Positions 56,901 to 64,000 of a DNA stretch of 64,000 bases are shown here, in pieces. The notes beneath the pieces are model-generated. The model made no database searches and had not been told where the DNA came from. It saw nothing but the letters and a program-made list of their open reading frames with translations. The stretch's first letter is position 1; each line of letters begins with the position of its first letter. The stretch covers positions 4,608,001 to 4,672,000 of the forward strand of contig OZ240248.1 in NCBI GenBank assembly GCA_965198235.1, read 5' to 3'. Position numbers and translations under genes: made by a program. Origin of the DNA: Candidatus Poribacteria bacterium. Lineage in GTDB: Bacteria; Poribacteria; WGA-4E; WGA-3G.

Positions 56901-56995
56901 CTATGACAGAAGGCGTTGAACCTGACGAATTGGCGGCGTGGACTTCTGTGGCACGGGTAATATTGAATTTGCATGAAACGATTATGCGATATTAG
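53912..56995 (+). CDS. PSD1/DUF1549/DUF1553 protein with planctomycete cytochrome c domain
   Basis: FDRDILPILSDKCFACHG, WLDLVRYADT, CAQCHDHKFDP, HPELLDWLA, TPMQALTLLN. Confidence 0.92.
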   Translation: MSQTQLSPLGTLIWFRTGCMSLMVLLLGLAIVLQPVYAEKLQFDRDILPILSDKCFACHGPDPAVRQANLRLDTKEGAFSAPSGYPIIVPGEPENSELVLRITHEDIDQRMPLQISNRQPTQEQIDTLIQWIAEGAEWEDHWVYNLPERVDPPVVKDTSWVRNPIDAFILGRLETEDLMPSPEADKRTLIRRLYFDLTGLLPTPAEVARFLRDETPDAYESLVNGLLSEPQYGERMALYWLDLVRYADTSGYHADENVSIWPYRDYVIQAFNDNMPFDQFAIENLAGDLLPNATVTQKIAAGYNRLNQTTSEGGAQAKEYLAIYAADRVRTTASVWLGATLGCAQCHDHKFDPYTAKDFYSFAAFFADVKGPGVYGGGSKWEPVVMLPTPTQKSTLQDIDDELTKLQQVFKASSPGLEAEQTEWENEVLSLLESTEPTDFAWIDDAQANGGRTEGTWVFVDKSEAPVFSKLYSRKQTAEAGKTIQHAFRGANRKFTVAEGDRLFAYIWIDPESPPETVMLQWNDGNWDHRAFWGEDKINFGEIGTDTPAHKPMGLLPAVGEWMRLEVDPADVGLEPGSVLNGIGFAQFGGTAYWDMAGIATTLGSSVKHTHTEQVIAAIRVDTSVRTTSQREQIAAEYRRITPALDGIRNQIADLQKQKGEIEAQIPYSLTTASTQPRTTRVLPRGNWMDDSGEIVEPMIPAFLGDLGIKNRRPTRLELAQWIASKDNPLTARTFVNRLWALYFGTGLSRVLDDLGAQGESPVHPELLDWLAVEFVESGWNVKHLVKLLVTSNTYRQSSKSNEVLEEKDAYNRLLARQSRWRLDAEAVRDNALMLSGLLVPKIGGPSVRPYQPKGYYSNLNFPKRVYVHDAGENQYRRGLYTHWQRTFLHPSMMAFDAPSRQECTAERATSNTPMQALTLLNDPSYVEAARVFASRIVQEGGESVAERISWAYQWTLSRMPQPKELEIMTSLYEKHQAEYTANLDAASTLVATGETPMTEGVEPDELAAWTSVARVILNLHETIMRY

Positions 56996-56997
56996 GG

Positions 56998-57108
56998 GTG
57001 AATGGCGTTACCGCAACGTTTCACCGTCCCCATAATCAAAAAGAAGCACGTTCCTACCAAGTGAAGGATGCCCGGCGTTTTCTGGAGGAGGCAGGAATAA
57101 TTCCATGA
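56998..57108 (+). pseudogene. C-terminal remnant of HicA toxin
   Basis: NGVTATFHRPHNQKEARSYQVKDARRFLEEAGIIP*, stop overlapping the next start (ATGA). Confidence 0.65.
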
Positions 57109-57581
57109 AGTACAAGGGTTATAGTGCACATATTGAGTACAGCGAAGAAGATAGATGTCTTGTCGGTCATATTGCAGGAATTACTGACATCGTCGGGTTT
57201 CACGCGGACACTGTTCCTGAACTTCAAGAGGCTGCAGTTAGATTAGGCGTTATGGACCCCGAAGACGTACGGCGACTGACCGTCGAAGACGCACTTGTTG
57301 ATACCGGCGCAACCGGGCTCTGCTTATCGATTCCGCTTATCGAACAACTCGGACTTACCCCACTGAGAGAGACTCGCGCGCAAACCGCCAACGGTATTGT
57401 GACGCGTACCATTTATTCAGAGGTGGAATACACTGTCTTGGAACGAAGCGACTCTATCCGGGTAACAGATCTTCCTCCGGACATGCCTATCCTCTTGGGA
57501 CACATGATTTTGGAAACTCTCGATCTCTGTGTTGACATGAAAGAAGGATTAATTCATAATCCAGCACATGGTGGGGCATAG
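57105..57581 (+). CDS. chimera: HicB antitoxin N-terminus fused to a clan AA aspartyl protease domain
   Basis: MKYKGYSAHIEYSEED...VGFHADTV (HicB) then ALVDTGAT...ILLG (retropepsin-like); possibly pseudogenic. Confidence 0.65.
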   Translation: MKYKGYSAHIEYSEEDRCLVGHIAGITDIVGFHADTVPELQEAAVRLGVMDPEDVRRLTVEDALVDTGATGLCLSIPLIEQLGLTPLRETRAQTANGIVTRTIYSEVEYTVLERSDSIRVTDLPPDMPILLGHMILETLDLCVDMKEGLIHNPAHGGA

Positions 57582-57659
57582 ATGATAAAGATCCTCTGAG
57601 AACGAAAGGCACCCATACCCTTTCCAAACAGGAGAAATTATTGACGGGAGATATCAAAT

Positions 57660-59099
57660 ATGGTTATGGATATTCATGAAGAAACCAATCGTCGCCTCAC
57701 GAGGCGCACTTTTTTGGGTAAAAGCGTGCGTGGTATCGGATCGCTTGCGCTTGGCTCCCTGCTTGCACCATCGCTGCTAAATGCCGCACCGGAAATTGAG
57801 CGGTGGCAGGGAATTGTTACCACACCACATGTACCGCCGAAAGCGAAATGCATTATTCATCTCTGTATGGCGGGTGGTCCTTCGCACTTAGAGACTTTGG
57901 ACTACAAGCCGCAACTGGCGGAACTCCATGGACAATCGATGCCGAAGTCTTTCACTGAAGGGCAGCCGATTGCGCAACTCCAAGGACAAGCGGATTCACT
58001 CAAATGCCTCGGTCCAACACATGAATTCAAAAAGTATGGAGAATCGGGGCAGGAGATGAGTACGGCGTTTCCACATATTGGAAGCCTCGCCGATGATATT
58101 TGCATCGTGCGTTCCCTGCGCACTGAGCAAATCAACCACGATCCAGCGCACACTTTCATGAACACCGGTACTGCAATCGCTGGTAGACCGAGCATGGGTT
58201 CGTGGCTGCTTTATGGGCTTGGCAGTGAGAATGAAAACCTGCCGGGTTACGTCGTCCTCACCTCTTCTGGCGGCGGACAGGACCAGCCGATTGCGACGCG
58301 GCAATGGCATAGCGGGTTTCTCCCAGGTCAGTTTCAAGGAGTCCAGTTCCATCCGACCGGCGATCCCGTTCACTATGTCACCAACCCTGACGGTGTCAAC
58401 ACTGAACAACAACGGGACGTTGTAGATGCTGTACAAACCCTAAACGGTATGTTCAACGAGACCGTAGACGATCCAGCAATCGCGACGCGGATTAGTCAGT
58501 ACGAGATGGCGTTCCGAATGCAGACGAGTGTCCCTGAGTTGACGGACATCTCGGAAGAACCGCAGCACGTTCTGGATGCGTACGGTGCAAAGCCTGGTGA
58601 CGGATCCTATGCTTCAAACTGTCTCCTCGCGCGACGGTTAGCCGAACGCGGGGTGCGATTTATTCAACTCTACCACCGGGGTTGGGATCATCATGGCGGC
58701 ATTGAGAACGCCATTAAGACAACCGCTGGCTATGTTGATAAGGCGACCGCTGCTCTTGTCAACGATTTGAAACAGCGCGGCATGTTAGACGACACTTTGG
58801 TCATCTGGGGTGGCGAATTCGGTCGGACACCGATGGCACAAGGCACTGGGCGCGATCATCACATCAAAGGATTCTCGATGTGGATGGCGGGTGGTGGCAT
58901 CAAAGGTGGTATTAGTTACGGAAACACCGATGAGTTGGGGTATAATGCTGTTGAAAATATCGTGCATGTCCACGATTTCCACGCTACGATGCTTCACCTG
59001 TTCGGAATTAATCACGAAAAACTCGTCTACCGCTTCCAAGGACGAGACTTCCGTCTCACAGATGTCCACGGGCATGTCGTCCGTGACATTTTGGCTTAA
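57660..59099 (+). CDS. DUF1501 domain protein with Tat signal
   Basis: TRRTFL, GGPSHLETLDYKP, RRLAERGVRF, WGGEFGRTP. Confidence 0.92.
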   Translation: MVMDIHEETNRRLTRRTFLGKSVRGIGSLALGSLLAPSLLNAAPEIERWQGIVTTPHVPPKAKCIIHLCMAGGPSHLETLDYKPQLAELHGQSMPKSFTEGQPIAQLQGQADSLKCLGPTHEFKKYGESGQEMSTAFPHIGSLADDICIVRSLRTEQINHDPAHTFMNTGTAIAGRPSMGSWLLYGLGSENENLPGYVVLTSSGGGQDQPIATRQWHSGFLPGQFQGVQFHPTGDPVHYVTNPDGVNTEQQRDVVDAVQTLNGMFNETVDDPAIATRISQYEMAFRMQTSVPELTDISEEPQHVLDAYGAKPGDGSYASNCLLARRLAERGVRFIQLYHRGWDHHGGIENAIKTTAGYVDKATAALVNDLKQRGMLDDTLVIWGGEFGRTPMAQGTGRDHHIKGFSMWMAGGGIKGGISYGNTDELGYNAVENIVHVHDFHATMLHLFGINHEKLVYRFQGRDFRLTDVHGHVVRDILA

Positions 59100-59239
59100 C
59101 GGTAGTAGGCACACGCTGTGTGATGTCTTTGCCGCAAATTGTCTCAATTGACTGACAAACAGAGGGTCAGATACGGAAGCACTGGAATCTGAGAGAAGAA
59201 ACTGCCCTACAGAAATGGTGAGGTTGCAGAGTGACTTAT

Positions 59240-60523
59240 ATGAAAAAAGCGGACAGGATTTTAGTACACATCTCGTTCTTGTTAGTTCTAACAGTATCTG
59301 CCTTCAGTCACGAGCTCCCTATGGTGGAGCCTGAAGCGGTTGGACTTTCTACCGAAAGGCTCTCAAGAATTGATAAAGTAATGGAACGGCACATCGCTCA
59401 GCAGAAAATCGCTGGCGGCGTTACATTGCTTGCTCGGCACGGAAAGGTCGCACATCTGGGCACTTACGGTATGATGGATGTCGAAACGGGAAAGCCAATG
59501 ACACCCGACACCATTTTCCGTATTGCATCAATGACGAAGCCGATCACGAGCATCGCTGTAATGATGCTCTATGAAGAGGGGCATTTTCGGTTGCATGAGC
59601 CGGTCTCAAAGTTCATTCCCGCTTTCAAAGAGATGCTTGTGCTGCCACAGGAAGATGCTGAAGATTCGGCATCACCTGTACCCGCGACACAACAGATTAC
59701 CACTTGGAACCTGCTCACCCACACGTCTGGTCTAACGTATCACTGGAATGAGCGACTCGGTCCGCAATACAACGATGCGGGTATCACCCACGGGCTTCTT
59801 CAGGATGAGAGCACCCTTGAAGAGAAGATGAAAGTGTTGGCGACTATTCCCTTGTTGCATCAACCGAGTGCCGATGTTGAGTACGGTCTATCAATAGATG
59901 TACTCGGTTATCTCGTCGAAGTCGTGTCGGGGATGTCCCTTGATGCATTTTTCTCTGAGCGTATCTTCAAACCGCTTGGCATGGAAGACACACATTTTTT
60001 TATCCCTGAATCGAAACGCGAACGGATCGCAACAGTGTACGAGCGAACCAAAGATGGACCCATAGTGCGAAAGTCCCAAGAACCGACAGTGGAGGGTTCG
60101 CTGACCTACTCAACTGACTATCCTTACAATGGTCCGCGAACCTATTTCTCTGGCGGAGGTGGGTTAGTATCCACCGTCTCTGATTACGCCCGCTTTGCGC
60201 AAATGATGCTCAACAGTGGAGAACTTGACGGTGTCCGATTGTTGAGCCGAAAAACCGTTGAATTGATGACTACGGATCAGCTCGCCGATATGGATGTCGA
60301 CTACGGATTCGGTTTGGGCTTTGGCGTTGTCCGAGACGAATCGGATCTTAAGGAGGTCGGATCAGTTGGGAGGTATGGTTGGAGCGGTTTCTTCTTTACC
60401 AGTTTCTTCATTGACCCTCAAGAACAGATGATTGGCATCTTCATGTGCCAATTGCATCCGAGCGGCGGTTTGGATCTCGGAGAGAAAATTCGCATCCTCT
60501 GCTACCAAGCAATTGCCGACTGA
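59240..60523 (+). CDS. serine hydrolase (beta-lactamase family)
   Basis: FRIASMTK (SxxK), LLTHTSG, YG, GGGLVST; ATG 59240 or GTG 59231. Confidence 0.9.
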   Translation: MKKADRILVHISFLLVLTVSAFSHELPMVEPEAVGLSTERLSRIDKVMERHIAQQKIAGGVTLLARHGKVAHLGTYGMMDVETGKPMTPDTIFRIASMTKPITSIAVMMLYEEGHFRLHEPVSKFIPAFKEMLVLPQEDAEDSASPVPATQQITTWNLLTHTSGLTYHWNERLGPQYNDAGITHGLLQDESTLEEKMKVLATIPLLHQPSADVEYGLSIDVLGYLVEVVSGMSLDAFFSERIFKPLGMEDTHFFIPESKRERIATVYERTKDGPIVRKSQEPTVEGSLTYSTDYPYNGPRTYFSGGGGLVSTVSDYARFAQMMLNSGELDGVRLLSRKTVELMTTDQLADMDVDYGFGLGFGVVRDESDLKEVGSVGRYGWSGFFFTSFFIDPQEQMIGIFMCQLHPSGGLDLGEKIRILCYQAIAD

Positions 60524-60748
60524 AATTTTTTAATTTATGAGCACCTGGGCTGCCCTCCACTGCGTTACGGGCAGGTTTCCGATTAATTCACAACTGGTTT
60601 TGAGAAGACAGTCCGTTATTTAAGAGTGCTTTAATAGAAACGTTATTACCGGACTATAGTAAAATCTACGATTACTGAACAAGCAGGGAACTACTACGCG
60701 TTCATGCGGCTTTAAGCTACAAATAACATAGGAAGGAAATTAACCAAT

Positions 60749-61780
60749 ATGCTAAGAGAACTCATTGCACCGGCACAAGAGCAGGTCGCTTTCCGAGAAT
60801 ATGAAAGCCAACCGTTGCAAGCGAATGAAATTCGGGTCAAGAGCCAGTTTGGTGCAGCCAAACACGGTTCAGAGATGGCATCATATAAGGGTTATGCAGG
60901 CCCACGCGGTGGCTACGATTCAGAATATAAGGTCTTTCAAGCGAACACCTCCGGCATGGTGAGCTATCCTTCAGGACTTGGGAACATGTGTGTTGGCGAG
61001 GTAACTGAGATTGGCGCGGACGTTACCGAATTTGAGGTCGGAGATCGCGTTTTTCGGCACAGCTCCTTTCGCGAGGAAAATGTTTGGGGTGCAGCAGGTG
61101 TCCGGAAACTTCCTGATGGTGTTCCTTGGCAGGCAGCCGTCTGTTTGGATCCGACAGATTTCGCCTTGGGAGCAGTGCGCGACGGTCATGTCCGTATTGG
61201 TGATGCCGTGGCAGTCTTTGGAATGGGTGGAATCGGACTGATGGCACTGCAGCTTGCCAAGTTGGCGGGTGCCTATCCTGTAATTGGTATTGATCCACTT
61301 GAGTTGCGCCGCAACGCTGCCCTTAAATGTGGTGCTGATATTGTTATTGATCCTACAACAGATGATGCCGGTTTGGAAATTAAAAAGGCTACCAACAAAC
61401 GTGGTGCCGATGTTTGCATTGAATATAGCGGTCATCATACGGCACTACAAGCGGCTATCCGCGGCGTGACGTATTTAGGAACAGTTGTTGCTGGTGCATG
61501 GCCCGGTATCTATCCAACGGGATTAGACCTCGGTGCCGAAGCGCATTTCAACCGACCGACTATTATCTTCTCACGCGCTTGCAGTGAACCGAATCCCGAA
61601 TATCCAAATTGGAATGAAGGTAGACTCTTTGAAATCAGCTGGCGGCTACTTTGCGACGGCAGTCTGAAATCTGAACCGGTTATCCATCCTGTTGTTGATT
61701 TTGAGGACCTGTTGGACGAGTATCCGAAGATCGCGACGCATCCGGGTGAGAATGTAAAATTAGGTGTCCGGTTCGCGTAA
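60749..61780 (+). CDS. MDR-family zinc-binding dehydrogenase-like protein
   Basis: GDRVF, GMGGIG, IEYSG. Confidence 0.85.
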   Translation: MLRELIAPAQEQVAFREYESQPLQANEIRVKSQFGAAKHGSEMASYKGYAGPRGGYDSEYKVFQANTSGMVSYPSGLGNMCVGEVTEIGADVTEFEVGDRVFRHSSFREENVWGAAGVRKLPDGVPWQAAVCLDPTDFALGAVRDGHVRIGDAVAVFGMGGIGLMALQLAKLAGAYPVIGIDPLELRRNAALKCGADIVIDPTTDDAGLEIKKATNKRGADVCIEYSGHHTALQAAIRGVTYLGTVVAGAWPGIYPTGLDLGAEAHFNRPTIIFSRACSEPNPEYPNWNEGRLFEISWRLLCDGSLKSEPVIHPVVDFEDLLDEYPKIATHPGENVKLGVRFA

Positions 61781-61888
61781 CCGCGATTTTCAAATGATTG
61801 CCTATTTCTTTTTGGAGAGGAATCCCCTTGACACGATACTGCCTCAATTTTTGGAGGTTGTCGCGTCAAGGAGGGTGCTTTTCTTAAG

Positions 61889-62878
61889 TTATTTCAGTCC
61901 CGCTGCCCGCAATACCGTTTCTTGAACTGTGAACTCGTGGTCGAGGGAACGATCAGGGGATTTCTCACCACGGATATCAGCGACAAACGCTCGAAGGCTT
62001 TCGACGTAACGCGGTCGCCGTTCCACAGGCACTGTCTGCCAGCCTTTCGCATATCCGTCCCGCGCCTCGTCAAGACACAACCGCAACTCTGGGGGTTCAA
62101 GCGGCTCAAGAATTGCGCTACCGCGTGTCCCATAAACTTCCAATCGTCTTGATTTCCCCGAATCAACTTCCAACGCCGTTGACTCAAGAATCGCCAATGC
62201 GCTCGGATATTCAAGGACAGCCGCTGTATTGTTCCGATACCATGGCACATCATGTCCATCGTGTCTCGAAAAGGGTGTTACCCGTGTGGGTCGTCCTAAC
62301 AATGCCACGATAATATCGGTGAGATGACAGGCGAGAATAAACATAATGCCGCCCGAATGTTCACCGAGCGAATCCCAGCGTTGCCAATGGGCATCGCTTG
62401 AAGGTCCTGATGAGATTCTTGCCCGAACAGAAAAAATTTCACCGAGTTTGCCTGAGTTCACCCAATCAAGGATAAACTGAAAGCCGGCATTGTATCGGAA
62501 CATATAACCGAGTTGAACGAGCAGCCTCCTGTCTCGTGCAATGTCCAAAACCTCTCGAAATTCATCAAGATTATCACCCGCAGGTTTATCAAACCAAACA
62601 TGCTTGTTGTGTTCAAGAATCTCCCGTGCAAAGGTGAGATTCTGCGACACACGTCCCTGCGCCGCGACCCCAACGATTGTTTCGTCCTCGAGTATTTCTT
62701 CTTTGGACGTAAACCAGTGAACGCCTTCGTAGACCGGGCTTTGACCAAGGGTCTCTCGGACTTCTAATGATGGCTCAAAGACACCGGCGAAGTCAATGTC
62801 GTCACTTTCCTTCATCACGCTGGCTTTTCCCGAAGCGTGGTCGTGGGAAATACCGTATTGTGCGAGTCTCATTTTCAC
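61889..62878 (-). CDS. Gfo/Idh/MocA family oxidoreductase
   Basis: KHVWFDKP, GYMFRY, GGIMFILACH, EVYGTRG. Confidence 0.88.
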   Translation of the reverse strand: MKMRLAQYGISHDHASGKASVMKESDDIDFAGVFEPSLEVRETLGQSPVYEGVHWFTSKEEILEDETIVGVAAQGRVSQNLTFAREILEHNKHVWFDKPAGDNLDEFREVLDIARDRRLLVQLGYMFRYNAGFQFILDWVNSGKLGEIFSVRARISSGPSSDAHWQRWDSLGEHSGGIMFILACHLTDIIVALLGRPTRVTPFSRHDGHDVPWYRNNTAAVLEYPSALAILESTALEVDSGKSRRLEVYGTRGSAILEPLEPPELRLCLDEARDGYAKGWQTVPVERRPRYVESLRAFVADIRGEKSPDRSLDHEFTVQETVLRAAGLK

Positions 62879-63175
62879 GTCTTTTCTCCTTAGATAGTAT
62901 CATGCTTGAAACCTATGATTGCCAAAAACATCGGGTAAGGTCTAAGATAATTCTATCATATAATCCATATTGGCACATGTAAAAAGTGAGTGCGATTTTT
63001 GGGGACTTGTGCTAAACTCTAAAGTATGGAAGCTTTTTTTGATAAACGTCACAGTCCTCAATACCAGCGTACTTAACTGGAAACCTGCCCGAAATGAAAT
63101 TATGTTTCCTTAAATGGCATAATTTGTCTTTGCTTTATATTTGGAGGGCAGATCAGAGGCACATAATTAAAAAAG

Positions 63176-63454
63176 TTGAAAACCGAACCGATACAACTCC
63201 AGTTCTACACGAAACCGGATTGTCCGCTCTGCGACGAGGCAAAAACAGTGCTGCAGAGTATCGGAGAGAAGACATCATTTATTGCGGTAGAAGAGATTGA
63301 CATCACGAAGAATCTCGGACTATTCACGAAATATAAGCATCTGATTCCTGTGCTTGAGTTGGATGGACACAGGCTTTTTGTGCATCGCACCACCCGCTGG
63401 AAGTTAATCTGGCAGTTGCGATGGCATCGGTTTTGGAGGATTTTAGCGAATTAA
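63176..63454 (+). CDS. glutaredoxin-like protein (DUF836 type)
   Basis: YTKPDCPLCD, EEIDIT, IPVL. Confidence 0.8.
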   Translation: MKTEPIQLQFYTKPDCPLCDEAKTVLQSIGEKTSFIAVEEIDITKNLGLFTKYKHLIPVLELDGHRLFVHRTTRWKLIWQLRWHRFWRILAN

Positions 63455-63486
63455 AACTTGCTGTAGGAAATAACAAGGAGGTAAGT

Positions 63487-64000
63487 ATGGCTTTTCCATC
63501 ATACGGTACAACACACCGATCCACTGTAACGGGTACACGCGGAATGGCGACAAGTGCGCATCCGCTTGCAAGCCTTGCTGGTGCACGCATGTTGCTCGCT
63601 GGCGGTAATGCGTTTGATGCAGCAGTCGCAGTGGCTTCGACACTCAATGTCGTTGAGCCTTATATGTCGGGTATCGCTGGCAACGGGTATATGTTGCTCT
63701 ATAGTGCGAAGGAAAAAACACACCGCGTGATAGACTATTTGGGCACCGCACCTTACGCCGCGACGCTGGATGTCTATCCAACACTCGAAAGCCAGCAGGT
63801 TGGCATTCGTGCGGGTATGGTCCCCGGTGGATGCGGTGGCTGGCTGGCACTCTTAGAGCACTATGGGAGTATGGATCACGCAGATGTCTTTACTCCGGCG
63901 ATTGAATTGGCAGAAAATGGATACGCCGTCACCGTCAAGAATGCGGAATTCATCGCAGGCGCGCTGCCTTATTTCTCTAAAAGGGCTGAAGAGGTTATCG
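63487..64000 (+). CDS. ggt: gamma-glutamyltransferase, N-terminal part (truncated by window end)
   Basis: SAHPLASLAG, GGNAFDAAVA, VEPYMSG, VPG, PAIELAENG; AAGGAGG RBS. Confidence 0.85.
   Translation, partial: MAFPSYGTTHRSTVTGTRGMATSAHPLASLAGARMLLAGGNAFDAAVAVASTLNVVEPYMSGIAGNGYMLLYSAKEKTHRVIDYLGTAPYAATLDVYPTLESQQVGIRAGMVPGGCGGWLALLEHYGSMDHADVFTPAIELAENGYAVTVKNAEFIAGALPYFSKRAEEVI

Overview
Bacterial chromosomal window, most consistent with a sponge-symbiont Candidatus Poribacteria genome. This is inferred from secreted proteins ending in a VEPxGKLATTWxxLK-type motif, PhyH/sulfatase/Gfo-Idh-MocA/DUF1501/DUF1553 genes and heptamer palindromic repeats. The core content is an orphan fusA, a stand-alone rpoB-rpoC operon, fumC, lon and many catabolic enzymes. 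The most striking feature is a giant RNA polymerase (beta 1747 aa, beta' 1899 aa). It carries roughly 19 extra copies of a ~35-40 aa module that matches the enzyme's own beta' clamp-head segment, placed at three insertion sites. About 12 copies sit in a 641-aa trigger-loop insertion, and one beta insertion nests an apparently inactivated PD-(D/E)xK (HsdR N-terminal-like) domain. Other notable items: rifampicin-pocket substitutions; a UGA-recoded UGSC-type selenoprotein with a SECIS-like hairpin; three IS200/IS605-family elements (TnpB with TTTAT TAM, an ORF-less omegaRNA-only mini-element with matching ends inserted into a promoter, and IsrB with its omegaRNA); ISAs1-like MITEs; and several internally collapsed pseudogenes. 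No rRNA, tRNA or CRISPR array was seen. All assignments are by eye from sequence motifs; no searches were run.
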